Below are positions 43,095 through 54,275 of a stretch of DNA of 64,000 nt, piece after piece (within the stretch, counting starts at the first letter, position 1; each line of letters starts with the position of its first letter). This DNA is from an uncultured Nitrososphaeraceae archaeon (lineage in GTDB: Archaea > Thermoproteota > Nitrososphaeria > Nitrososphaerales > Nitrososphaeraceae): positions 1 through 64,000 of the forward strand of contig CAWGVG010000027.1 of NCBI GenBank assembly GCA_963825865.1, written 5' to 3'. A program made the position numbers and the translations under genes. The notes beneath the pieces were generated by a model. It searched no databases. It was not told the origin of the DNA and saw only the letters and a program-made list of their open reading frames with translations.

Positions 43095-44088
43095 GCTCAT
43101 AAATCTTCTGCCGTGAATCACGTAGAGATGTCTTCTTCTTTACATAGCCGCCGTTGAGCAAATGACTAAGTGATAGTCTCATAGTTCTCTCTGGAAGCAT
43201 CGTTCTTGAAGAAAGGTCTTTTTGACTCAATGCGCCTTCATACTCAAGCGTTTTCAAAATTAGTTTCGCACTTGGAGGCATGCTTAACAGATCCTTTGCC
43301 AGTTTCACTTTCTTTACAATGAGAGATGTAGCGGAAGAATCTCCTATTAATCTGACAAGCCTAGCAGGGAATTCATGTTTGTAGCATTCAAGTATTTTTT
43401 TTATTCCTAATCGAGATCCCCCATCAAGCACAACTTCACAGTGATATCTACTCATAATATCCGCAATTTCTATTATAGTCTCATTAGGAACTACCAAGGG
43501 GCGTCGAGTGTTATCAACAGAGTTCACCGATACTATGATGAATACATGGGATTTCTGTAAAACCATCGGACCACCTGCTGACATTGAATATGCAGTCGAT
43601 CCCGTAGGTGTAGATATTATAATTCCATCGCTGTTATCGTGCCATACGTCTTTGCCATCTATCCTAAGCATATGCTCCATCAGCATTGCACTTTTGCTTG
43701 GAAATACTGCAACATCATTTAGTACAGGCTCAACCTCTTTCCCGTCTACTTTAACTGCTAAACGAAATACCTCATCTACTTCGTAATCACTTTTCTTTAA
43801 TCTTGAAGTCACTGATTCCAAGTCTCTGACTTCTAGCTGAGCCAGGAATCCTGTGGAATCGGATTCATAAACGCCTAGAACAGGCGCAGAATCAGTTACA
43901 ACTTTATGAAAATAATCAAGAATACCTCTATCGCCACCAGCTACTAAAATTAGGTCGACTTCCTTTGCTAATTTATAATTACCATCCTTCATGACTTGTG
44001 TGTCAATGTTTAATGAATCTAATGTCTTTTTCATCTGGGATAGCAATGTTCCGTCCCTGTAATCTGCAGCGGATAGGGCTATTTTCAT
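43084..44088 (-). CDS. NAD(+) kinase with C-terminal MarR-like winged helix
   Basis: GGDRG, LNDVAV, DGIIISTPTGSTAYSMSAGGP and LDG. C-terminus PPSAKLILKTLEYEG.LSQKDL...LPERT.R....L. Confidence 0.88.
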   Translation of the reverse strand: MKIALSAADYRDGTLLSQMKKTLDSLNIDTQVMKDGNYKLAKEVDLILVAGGDRGILDYFHKVVTDSAPVLGVYESDSTGFLAQLEVRDLESVTSRLKKSDYEVDEVFRLAVKVDGKEVEPVLNDVAVFPSKSAMLMEHMLRIDGKDVWHDNSDGIIISTPTGSTAYSMSAGGPMVLQKSHVFIIVSVNSVDNTRRPLVVPNETIIEIADIMSRYHCEVVLDGGSRLGIKKILECYKHEFPARLVRLIGDSSATSLIVKKVKLAKDLLSMPPSAKLILKTLEYEGALSQKDLSSRTMLPERTMRLSLSHLLNGGYVKKKTSLRDSRQKIYELRI

Positions 44089-44143
44089 CCCTTATTTATA
44101 TATAAAACGATTATTTACTTATTTAAGGATATAAGCATATACA

Positions 44144-45059
44144 TTACAATTTCTGAAACATTATAGTACCGTAATAATAATAAGCACTTTGCTCAATATT
44201 TGATTTTGAGGGGATCTTGTTCAATCCTGTTAACTTAGTTTCAAGGGCAGCACGTACTGCACCGGCTCCAAAGCAAATAGCCCACAAAGGATCCTTCTCT
44301 CTTATGTATGCGCAACAAAATGCTGCCTGACAGAATATCTCCAGCACCTGTGGAATCTGGAGTATCGATGTCAAGTTTTATCCAGTAATGCATTTCATTG
44401 TGTAACAAGTGAATAAACTTATCCTCGGTGGATATAACAAACTTCACACCCTTGATAGATTGTAAAAATTGCATTCCTTCAAGGCCTCCAAGACCTCCTG
44501 TTAAAGCCGCAAGTTCCTCTTTGTCTGCTTTTATTGCAGTTATTCCAGATAGGTCTAACGTCAAATCATCAAGTAATGAAATTCGTCCCGATAATGAATT
44601 AACCACACGCATGTAGCCTTGTGGGTCAAGCATGACAAAATTCCTCTTTTTGCCAGTATTTTTAGCTATAGTTGCAAGCACATTGGCAGGAACTTCATCA
44701 AATACAGGGCTTACCAGCCAACAATCGGTATGTATGTTTTCAATATCTTCTACTGTCAAAGGTGCACATTTTGAGAGTAAGAATAATTCTCGAAAATCTT
44801 TATTTATTGTGAGTTGAAATTTTGTTGTAGGAGATTGAGAGACCTGGTATTCTTTTATACTAACTCCATTATCACGTAAAAAATCTATATTTGGTGGAGA
44901 AAAATCTTTACCAACCTTTGTTGCAAGAATAACATCAAACCCAAATTGTTTAGCAGTTAAACCACCGTAACAGGCAGGACCGCCAAGACTTTTGGTAATC
45001 CTGCCTTCTTTATCTTGGATAGAATCCAATACTATGTGGGATAGTACTGCTATTTTCAT
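44144..45059 (-). CDS. PfkB-family carbohydrate kinase (+1 indel near 44325)
   Basis: LGGPACY, VG.DF, LDPQG and DSTGAGD. Confidence 0.85.
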
Positions 45060-45486
45060 AGTTAGTTTTGCAAGGGGTTTCCTAAAATATTTATGGATAT
45101 TTTAACTGTATATACCCAAAAATACGCCTGGGCAGATGAAATTGAGAAGGGGGAATAATATTTGGAAAAGGATTTGGTGTAATTTCAGATATACAAGTTA
45201 ATCCATATGATGGGAATTTCTATGCTTACTTTTTTGCTGATCAATATACAGAATATGTTCTTCTTAATAAGATATAAAACTATAACCAAATATGACTTTT
45301 TGACTAATATTAGGATAATATGTCTAACAAACAAGGCTCACCCTGAGAATACTGCTGTTGGAAAAGGATCTGCGACGCTAAGACAATTTGCTATTATATT
45401 TATTGAATATGATATATACGTAGTACATGTTCTTAAAACATACGTCATAAGATTTAAAGGATAGAAGAAAGAGTCTAATTTATAAT

Positions 45487-45774
45487 ATGCCAAAGAAACG
45501 GACTAGTAGAGGCCGGACTAAAGGTGGGAAGGGTAGTTCGGGCACGGTACATTGTAGCCAATGTGGTGCGATGGTGCCTCGTGACAAGGCCAAGAAGGTC
45601 ACAGGAAGGATCACTCTAGTCGAACCAACTCTTGCCAAGGAACTTAAAGCACAAGGAGCATACATAGCGCCGTCAACAGATGTAAAATTTTACTGTGTTT
45701 CATGTGCAGTGCACCGGGGCATAGTCAAAGTTAGATCAGAGTTAGAACGACGCATGACTGGTAGACTTAGATAA
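45487..45774 (+). CDS. rps26e: 30S ribosomal protein S26e
   Basis: MPKKRTSRGR.KGG, CSQCG..VPRDKAKK and YCVSCAVH. Confidence 0.96.
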   Translation: MPKKRTSRGRTKGGKGSSGTVHCSQCGAMVPRDKAKKVTGRITLVEPTLAKELKAQGAYIAPSTDVKFYCVSCAVHRGIVKVRSELERRMTGRLR

Positions 45775-46486
45775 TTTTACAACTCTTTGACGTCACAGCA
45801 ATTCGCTGAATAAGTGTCACGCCTGCTACTACTGACACTATTATCACTGCCAATTGCATAGATCCCATAATCGGGATCATTCCTATTGTTGCAATTATTA
45901 GTAGCCTTTCGGCTCGTTCTCCAATGCCGATACCCTTCAATTCAACACCAAGCGATTCTGCTCTTGATCTAGTATAACTCACCAGAAGAGATAATGATAG
46001 TGCAACCATACACCATATTGGATCAGCAAGGCTACCAAAAGCTATGCCTATGAATATGACAGTTTCGGATATTTTATCAAATGAGGAATCGAGAAATGCT
46101 CCTTTCTTGGAAGATTGTTTTGATGCCCTTGCAACATTTCCGTCAACCATGTCAAAAAATCCTGAAATTAAAAGAAGACTGCCGCCGACAATAGACACAT
46201 AAGGCCACGAGAAGCCGATTCTTGGCGCCGCTGTTGCGTATACAGCTCCAGCCATAATTGACATTGCTAAACCTACTGCTGTCAAAAAATTTGCCGTTAG
46301 GCCAAATGAGGCAAAAGTCATGCCAATCTTTGACATTATCGGTTGTAATGAGTCCCTAAATTTATTGAGCAACGATGATTCCAGCTTTATAATTGCATTG
46401 TATAATAAATTTGTTAGTTGCTTATAATATAGTATAGAAGTCTTACTTTTAAAATATAAAGAGTATGTAGTAGCTTGCAAAAACAT
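45767..46486 (-). CDS. CDP-alcohol phosphatidyltransferase (archaetidylinositol phosphate synthase-like); true start probably about 46370
   Basis: DMVDGNVAR......GAFLDSSFD, SYTRSRAE and ERAER. Confidence 0.9.
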   Translation of the reverse strand: MFLQATTYSLYFKSKTSILYYKQLTNLLYNAIIKLESSLLNKFRDSLQPIMSKIGMTFASFGLTANFLTAVGLAMSIMAGAVYATAAPRIGFSWPYVSIVGGSLLLISGFFDMVDGNVARASKQSSKKGAFLDSSFDKISETVIFIGIAFGSLADPIWCMVALSLSLLVSYTRSRAESLGVELKGIGIGERAERLLIIATIGMIPIMGSMQLAVIIVSVVAGVTLIQRIAVTSKSCKII

Positions 46487-46678
46487 ATTAATTATTGTAC
46501 AATAGCTCGTATTTTGCCTATGGGAATTTGAACTTGTGAGCGTATATATGTGATTATTAGGCGCACAAATAATATCTCGATTCTATATAACCTCAATATA
46601 ATTATCAATACTGAATAATTTAACTATTTTTGTTTCTTAATTCTTTAATAATTATATACATCTCACTAATATGAGATA

Positions 46679-47737
46679 TTGTTAGCGACGGAACAAAAAC
46701 AACGCAGACAGACACAATTCAATAAAGTTCTGATAGTTGGGCTTGGTCAATTAGGGCTTCCTGTAGCTAAATATGTAAAGGAGAGAGGATTTGATGATGT
46801 CTATGGATACGATATAAGCCCTGAAGCGATGGATCGTGCAGAAAAAACAGCAGGAATAAAGAAAGCTAATGATTTTAGTGATTTTGATGTTTATGTTTTA
46901 TGCGTCTCTACTCACAAATCTGACGATATATTCTCGCCACAGGTAGAAGGTCTATTATCTATAGTAGAGAGAATTTCAAAGGAAGCAAAGAGAAATGGAG
47001 CACTTCTATCAATAGAAAGTACCATTCCAAAGGGAACATCAAAGAAAGTGTTTGAAATACTCAATCACAGACTGCATGTAGCTCATGCGCCCCATAGATG
47101 GTATTCTTTAGAAGAAAAAGAGCATGGTGTAAATCAGCTACGCATTGTTGGTGGAGTTTCTAATTGTTGTCTTGAAGCAGCCATGCAGTTCTATAATGGA
47201 AAAAGCTCTTTTGAAAATATTGATAATGATGAAAATGTCAACAACAACAACAACAACAATTCGATCGATTCTACTACTACTACTACTACTACTAGCATGC
47301 CATCAAAAACAAGAAAAAGCCTAGGGATTCCTATGCATCCAGTTTCAGAAATAGAAATGGCTGAATTAGCAAAGATTGTTGAAAATGCTCATAGATATTT
47401 GCAAATTGCATTCGCTGAAGATCTTTACCTATACTGCCAAGCAAATAACATAAACTTTCCGGAATTGCGAGATGCTCTGAATACTAAATGGAATGTGCAC
47501 ATTTTAGAACCAAGAGAAGGGATTGGAGGACATTGTTTGCCAAAGGATACTAAAATGTTCTTGCAATCGTCTCAATCTATAAAAAGTAAAATATTGACAG
47601 CTGCCGTAGAAGTAGATGAGGAATATAGACAGTATATACAATCAAGACCAAGCAAATCGCTACTGTCATCATCTTCATCATCTTCATCCAAATTAACAAG
47701 AAGTAAAAGGGTTGGAAGGATACAGTACGCAAGCTAA
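46679..47737 (+). CDS. Nucleotide-sugar dehydrogenase lacking the C-terminal UDP-binding domain
   Basis: VGLGQLG, IEST, AELAKIVENAHR...IAFAE and GIGGHCLPKD; ends soon after the catalytic Cys. Confidence 0.82.
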   Translation: MLATEQKQRRQTQFNKVLIVGLGQLGLPVAKYVKERGFDDVYGYDISPEAMDRAEKTAGIKKANDFSDFDVYVLCVSTHKSDDIFSPQVEGLLSIVERISKEAKRNGALLSIESTIPKGTSKKVFEILNHRLHVAHAPHRWYSLEEKEHGVNQLRIVGGVSNCCLEAAMQFYNGKSSFENIDNDENVNNNNNNNSIDSTTTTTTTSMPSKTRKSLGIPMHPVSEIEMAELAKIVENAHRYLQIAFAEDLYLYCQANNINFPELRDALNTKWNVHILEPREGIGGHCLPKDTKMFLQSSQSIKSKILTAAVEVDEEYRQYIQSRPSKSLLSSSSSSSSKLTRSKRVGRIQYAS

Positions 47738-47838
47738 ACAATAATAATTGGTGGTGGAACGTCATCTTCATTCTAATTAAAAAGAAGTAAAAGGGTTGGA
47801 AGGATACATTACGCAAGCTAAACAATAATAATTGGTGG
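47678..47838. repeat. Tandem duplication, about 77-bp unit, period 84 bp
   Basis: ...AAGAAGTAAAAGGGTTGGAAGGATACA(G/T)TACGCAAGCTAAACAATAATAATTGGTGG occurs twice. Confidence 0.9.
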
Positions 47839-47853
47839 ATATATGAAAAAATT

Positions 47854-48489
47854 ATGCAAAAAAAACAATCACTGCTAGTTTTTGGTGCCCATCCTGACGA
47901 TATAGAAATAGGAATGGGAGGGACGGTAGCCAAACTTACCAGTATGGGTTACGATGTTAATCTAGCCATAGCTACTCTTCCAAATTTTGTGAAAATAGAT
48001 ACAAAGGAACAACGGCGAATGGAAGCAGTAATGTCTGCAAAAACCTTGGGATGTAAGCAACCAGAATTTCTAGATTTATCGCCAGATGAAATCACTTTTG
48101 GGAGGAAATTTGTTACCTTGATAGACGAAATTATCCATAGATATGAACCAGAAGCAGTTTTTACTCAATGGATAGGGGATTCACATCAGGACCATCAGGC
48201 GCTTACCAGAGCAGTAATATCAGCATCACGTGACCTGAATAACCTGTTTATGTATGAAACTACAATACCTGGTGGCGTGACTGAAAATGCCTTCAGACCT
48301 CAGCTTTATATTGACATCAGCGAAACTTTAGACATAAAAAGAAACGCGCTTGATTGCTTTGACTCACAAAAAATTCGCTGTGGAAATACTTGGATACCCT
48401 CAATACTTGGAAGATGCGCATTCAGAGGCTATCAAATGAATGCAAAATATGCTGAAGCATTTGAAGTGATCAAGGTTACCAAATGGTAG
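47854..48489 (+). CDS. PIG-L/LmbE family N-deacetylase (BshB-like)
   Basis: GAHPDDIEIGMGG, R..EA..SA..LG, DSHQDH, SQ and AEAF. Confidence 0.9.
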   Translation: MQKKQSLLVFGAHPDDIEIGMGGTVAKLTSMGYDVNLAIATLPNFVKIDTKEQRRMEAVMSAKTLGCKQPEFLDLSPDEITFGRKFVTLIDEIIHRYEPEAVFTQWIGDSHQDHQALTRAVISASRDLNNLFMYETTIPGGVTENAFRPQLYIDISETLDIKRNALDCFDSQKIRCGNTWIPSILGRCAFRGYQMNAKYAEAFEVIKVTKW

Positions 48490-49164
48490 TAAACCTTTCA
48501 TTTTTAATATAATTAAATTAAGGTAGTAGTAGGGGTTGTTGCCTAATTCGTTTTAATTGACTGTAAATATGATTTCACGGTTTTCGATTTAGCTTAGAAA
48601 GGGTATGCACCCTCTTATTGACTTGCAAGCACAAGAGGAAAGATGGTTACTGGTTGTGTTACCATCTAGCACATACCCTAGAACGAGATATGCTTATCGA
48701 AAATATAGTTTCTCTGGTCAAAGAAAATCCTCCTCCTACTTCAAAGAAGAACAGTAATAGAGGAAGGAAACCAATTCATTCTTGGGAAAAACTTGTCTGT
48801 ATTTGTATATTGATGGTTGTTTTCGGTTCAACGTACAGAGATATACAGAATATAGTACCCTCTCTTAATTTGCCATGGAATAACGAGCCATATCCAGATC
48901 ATACGTGGATATCACGTACATTCAAGAAGATACCGCTGATATATCTTGAACGTGTACTGAATATGGTCAGCTTATCTATGTTTGAAAGAATCAGGCTGGA
49001 AGAAGGGTATTCTCGCATCAGATAGCACCGGTGTAGAGACAAACAGGTACGGATACGAAGTACGATTTATCAAAAATAGTAGTAAGAAATTCGAAAAGAT
49101 AAGGGTAAAACAGTATCTGAAATGGCATATCACAGGGATACTTGATCATCTCATAATACTTAAT

Positions 49165-50193
49165 TGTTGTACTTACACAGATGGGTAACAATTTTGATTA
49201 CCTACATAGGTTACACTTTCTTGCTTCCTTTTTGTATATGTCTTAGATTTAATTAACCTTTGTACAAACCTTTCAGAAGGAGTAAGACCATTTATTCCAC
49301 CATGTTCCCTAGTTTCATTATATGCTTTGACAAACATATCATACCTTAGTTTTCCATCATCAATACTTGTTATTTCTTCAACTGTCAAGAACTCATTCTT
49401 TACAATCTTGTTATATGCTTCTATCTTTCCTTGTAACTGTGGATATGAATTTGGAATTGGTTTATCCTTTATGTTATTCTTATATAGAAAGTGTTTGAAT
49501 AGTTTAGATGTAAACTGCTTACCGTTGTCATGCATAACTTTCCTGGGCTTTCCGTTATCCATAATCCACTCCTCTAGTACATTCAAAACATCAATGCTCC
49601 TCTTTCTTTCAGACCACTTGCTAGCAACTTTTCTTGAACAGTCATCTATACAGCTTATCATGTAATTTCTTGTGCTAGAACAGCGTACGTAAAATGGTCC
49701 AAGTATATCCATTTGAAGCATGTCATTTGGATGTTTCATTGCAAATCGCTTATACTTTCTATTATTCTTTACCTTACAGTTTAGAACGTTGAGAGTATGT
49801 TTTTTCAATGTCTTGTATATGGTTCTACTGCTCAATGATACTCCAAGTCTTTTTAATCTGAACCTGATTCTACTAGTACCAAAGGTCTTTAATCTTAAAT
49901 CAAGTATTGTTTCTTCTATTTCTTTAGATACTTTGGTTTTGATGCTATGAGGCCTTCTAGATAGGTCTTTCAACCCGTCTATTCCGTGCTCTATGTATCT
50001 ATTTTTCCACTTGTAATATGTCTTCCTAGATATTTCGTATTTATTGCAAATATCGCTAATACTATTACCAGTCCATTCATGTTCATGAATGAGATTGAAT
50101 TTTGTTCTAATTTCTATAGAGATTTCCACTTCCTAGCAGAAGTGTTACCTATGTCTGTAAGCTATATTGTTACCTATGTTTGTAAGTACAACA
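49165..50193 (-). mobile_element. IS481-family insertion sequence
   Basis: TGT...ACA ends with 26-bp TIR (23/26 match). 6-bp TSD CTTAAT. Subterminal repeats of the TIR core. Confidence 0.93.
49173..50129 (-). CDS. IS481-family transposase (HTH + rve core), intact
   Basis: ISRKTYYKW..RY...G..GL.D.SRRP, QMD, IDDCSR, DNGKQF, PQLQGKIE and YN..R.H. Confidence 0.93.
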   Translation of the reverse strand: MEISIEIRTKFNLIHEHEWTGNSISDICNKYEISRKTYYKWKNRYIEHGIDGLKDLSRRPHSIKTKVSKEIEETILDLRLKTFGTSRIRFRLKRLGVSLSSRTIYKTLKKHTLNVLNCKVKNNRKYKRFAMKHPNDMLQMDILGPFYVRCSSTRNYMISCIDDCSRKVASKWSERKRSIDVLNVLEEWIMDNGKPRKVMHDNGKQFTSKLFKHFLYKNNIKDKPIPNSYPQLQGKIEAYNKIVKNEFLTVEEITSIDDGKLRYDMFVKAYNETREHGGINGLTPSERFVQRLIKSKTYTKRKQESVTYVGNQNCYPSV

Positions 50194-50896
50194 CTTAATA
50201 CACGACTTACCAGTAAGAAAACACACGATTCTCCAGTACTCCGAACAATGCTAAACAGATTGAATATAGATTAGACTTTGCAGGTTCAACATTCAATGGT
50301 GACAGAGGTTATGATGGCAACAAGAACTTCCAGTCAGTGTTTAACATGAACATGCTTCCAAATATCAAGCAGAGAAAAAACTCCAAGAACAAGAATAGCA
50401 GTAGTAAGAAGAACAAATACAGAAAGAAGGCTGCAAAGATATTCAATGCATCAATATATCGTTATAGAGGATTGATAGAAGGAATATTTGGAGCTGAAGA
50501 AACTAAACATCATCATCAGCTATACTGCACATTCAGATTAAAGAACAATCAGAAAAGATTTGGATTAATTAAATCAATAGGCTGGAACCTAGAAGTCCTT
50601 AACAGACTACAATGTGCAAACAAACTGGGAATAAAGGTGACACCATATGCGATATCAAATTAGGCAACAACCCCGGTAGTAGTAAGTATTAACACCAAAA
50701 AATAAATAAATATTAAGTCGTTTCATCAAACAAAACAAAGAGCTGATTATATTATAATATTAATCGTACCTTTTCCATCATATTTAGATATTTTATTCGG
50801 TCAGTGCTCAGATGAGAATGAATATTTCTGTTAATATCTACTTATACAGAAAGCAAGACTTAATTATTATGAATTCTCACTCATCTAATAATAGTT

Positions 50897-51984
50897 TTAA
50901 AAATAATTTAACGTGAATGAATCGTTATTGTTTTCCACTTTTCCATTATTGGAAGTCTTTTCATATGTAGGATATTGAACGTAAACCTCATCCCAATATC
51001 TCATACATATTAACCTCTGATATTTTTTGATTTTTTCGATACCTTCATTCAAAACGGCATTACGAAATACAATATCTGGTTCATTTATTCCTGCTCGCAG
51101 AACGCATGGGACAGGTTGCAGAAAACCGTGGATTAATTTCAAATATTTTTAGTTCATTCCCTTCAAGTTTTGCTTGGATATTAATAGCTCCTCTAGCTCC
51201 AAATTTTAAAGCAACTTCTTCGGCTGACCTTCGTATACTTTCAAAATCATCGATAAAGGCTTTGTAAGTTTGTCCATTTTTTATTATCTTACGAATTGAT
51301 ATTGAAGACATTATATATTTTCCAAATCTATCAACTGTAACACCAGAGGTAAACTCGGTATCATTGTCCTTTAAGTATTCTTGAAGAAGAGGATGCCATC
51401 CTACTTTTTGAATCTTAGAAATTGCATATTCCATTTCGTCTCTATTGTTTACTACATAAAAATGCAGTGAACCATATCCTTCCCTGGGCTTTACGACTAA
51501 GGGAAAACCAAATTCCTGGATGAATTTTTTATTACCTTCAGGTAAAGAGGATGCGGCGCTACTTAGATTATTTGTATTTAAGAATTCAAAGGTCTTCCAT
51601 TTGTCTTTCGCTGTAATCATTACTTCTATTGGGTTTGTCAATACAATTGCATCAGTTTCACATTCGATTCGTTCTTTTGCATTACCAATTGTGAGCAATT
51701 CCTGATCGGAGCCTACATAAATTGCATGAATATTTTGCTCTTTGCTAACTTTGATGATGGAATTAATATAGTTTGGCGAAGAAGGTGATGGTACTAAAAT
51801 ACCACTATCGCATCTGTATAGACCAGCGGCCTGAGCACTCATATCAGTTGCAATAATTCTATATTTTACTGGGGAATTATTTGATACATTTGCTAGTTTC
51901 AAGGATTTGATAATTCCCTGTGCTACTATGCCTCCTGCTCGCAGTTACTAGCACATTTGCATTAGTAGTTTTTCCTAGATCCAT
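50897..51984 (-). CDS. ATP-grasp ligase (CarB/PylC-like small type), two indels
   Basis: VLVT(A)AGG, DKWKT, KPREGYGS, QEYL and FEINPRFS. Confidence 0.85.
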
Positions 51985-52038
51985 AACTTTCTTGGTTTAT
52001 TGTTTGGTAGCATATACTTAACATATACTACTCATGAT

Positions 52039-53777
52039 TCAATTTTCCATTTTTGTGGCCATAAGAATTGGTGCAGTCAAGTTGTTATTATTTAACAAAT
52101 TTTGACGCCACTGTATTTCTGTGTTCGCCATTCCAAAGTTAACGGCATAATCTATGAAACAAGGTCTCATGTATGCGATATTTTTAACTTTATCTGCTAC
52201 TTTGATAAGTCGACGTGTCTTTCGTTGCTCTTCTTTAAGATTGAACAAATCTGAAAGAAGAGGCTGAACAGGTTCACCAACATTTATTCGCCGCATTCTT
52301 TCTTTTATAAGAGGTATTATTTTATACCTATATTTAGCATCGGTTTGCTTTAATTGTTCTATATATGCCATGATATCCGATTGCTTTGTTAGCTGTACAA
52401 GTTCCAGAGCCTCAGATTGTCCAAGGCCATAATAAATATCCGTAGAAGGCCAGACTATAGTTAGTGGCATGTTAATCGATAATTCTCTAAAGGCTGTACC
52501 TTGCAACTACCGTATAGCCCATACTGCCACCAATGCCAGATGCATAGCATTCAACTCCCAGGTCTCTAGAAAGCAACAATAGTATTGGAATTGCTCTAGG
52601 GGAAAGAGCATGAATAACATCTTCATTTGAGAGATCTAACTTATGGTTGTGATTCTCAAGCTTTATATGAAGATACTTTTTGCAGGACATACAAGTGCCT
52701 TCAAGTATTGTTTCTTGCTGTAGATTCTCATGAATCTTTGCATGAGCCTTGCTACCACATTTGCAATGGAGCCACATTGGGGCATTTAGATATGAACTTG
52801 AGCTTACACCAGTATCTATACCATGAGCTAAAAACATATTTTTGGTTTTTCTTAACACATCTGAATATGTGCTAAAATTAGAAATTAAATACTTGAAACC
52901 ATCTTCAAAAACTGAGGGTATGTCAGTGAGCCTTACAAACAAAGTATTATAACCCCATATTTTATTTACCAACTGTGACATCAAAAAAGAATTAAAATCT
53001 GAATAAGATTCTGCCCTTGAATATGAAATCTCTACTTCATGCCAGAACTCATCAAAATTATGAAGCACCCGAGATTTATTATCCGAGGTAGATGAACTTA
53101 AGGAATTTTTTCTTATCCATGAATTTATCTGTTTTCTCCAGTAGTCTAAAATTGTTCGTCCTGGTACAGGCATATTGCATATCATCTTCCATCTTATAGA
53201 ATTACTTACTGGCAATCTGAGTTCAAGTATCCCCAATGAATGTCTGATGCTTGGTAGCTGTGCAAGGCGAATCCAACCCTCATCCATAAAATCATGGTCT
53301 ACGATAAGGAATAAATTGATGATTTTTTTATTGGGGTCGTGTTTTTCCATCATGTGTTTGAGAGTCTCAAGCAAGACGATCTTTTTGAATACACCGCTAT
53401 ATGCGAAAAGGTTGGGTTGATGTATCGAGACGAGAATTTTCGTTGTTGGAAGATTTAATAATTTAATACTGCTACTGACACCACTAGTCATTGTGTTTGC
53501 TTCCAAATGGAATTTGTCAATGAATTTCTGTAATTTGAGTCTATTATTCAAAATAACATAATCCATTGGACGAGCTGCCTGTTGCTCTATTGCTTGAAGA
53601 GGCAAATGACGACGACATCTTATTAACAGCGTCTGAGAAATGATTTGGTATTGATGATATGAAATCTGAGATTATAGGGTTGTTAATACTTTCATATTGT
53701 GCAAATAATGACCTTACACTTCTAGGAAGTTGATCTATTGCAGTATAATAAGCCTGATCGGCAGAATTTATCTCCAT
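52039..53777 (-). CDS. BshC-like HUP-fold ligase of about 580 aa with a Cys4 zinc ribbon, two indels
   Basis: SIHQPNLFAYSGVFKK, FLIVDHDF and LSPRA...YASGIGGSMGY parallel BshC motifs; also HCKCG...CMSC. Confidence 0.62.
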
Positions 53778-54161
53778 GATTTACAACTCCTAAACATATT
53801 GCACAAACTAGGGGTATTAGTATAACAATCCACAATATATTACTACTTATTATTATATTAACATGCTAATAAGAAGTTACTAACTTTTTATAATAATTCG
53901 TTATTATCAGAATGTGACTAAGTGATCTATACTTAACCTTAATCAGAAGAATTGCCACAATAGGATGAGGAAATAAAATAATATAGAATAAGGGAAAAAT
54001 AATATATTAAAAGTCTACAATTATGCATTTTTTATGAAACTTGTATTATAGTTCACAAAATCTTTCGTTTGATTTTCCGTAATCGGCGATTATGGTTTCT
54101 ATGCCCTTGCAGGACCGATTTTCTTAGGCGATATAATCGTCTTTTAATTATATGGTCTAAG

Positions 54162-54275
54162 TGGATTAATTAAATCAATAGGCTGGAACCTAGAAGTCCT
54201 TAACAGACTACAATGTGCAAACAAACTGGGAATAAAGGTGACACCATATGCGATATCAAATTAGGCAACAACCCC
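54162..54275 (+). mobile_element. Solo right-end fragment of the 48532-50674 IS
   Basis: 114 bp identical to 50561-50674, ending in the TIR AATTAGGCAACAACCCC. Confidence 0.92.

Larger units (their letters stand above)
48532..50674 (+). mobile_element. IS5-like DDE insertion sequence, interrupted by an IS481 element
   Basis: Perfect 17-bp TIR GGGGTTGTTGCCTAATT. 10-bp TSD GGTAGTAGTA (48522-48531; 50675-50684). Transposase pieces ASDSTGVET, HDS, GDRGYD and YRYRGLIEGIFG. Confidence 0.9.

Noticed and set aside
10507-45059. Programmed frameshifting or mass pseudogenisation of rps2, fpr, AMMECR1, mtnA, pyrG and pfkB
   Set aside because: There are no slippery heptamers, the genes are otherwise undegraded and some are essential, and the indels track GCWGC/GTAC motifs. 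Sequencing error is the simpler explanation.
47678-47838. Possible CRISPR mini-array
   Set aside because: Only two long units with no unique spacers, and no cas genes nearby.
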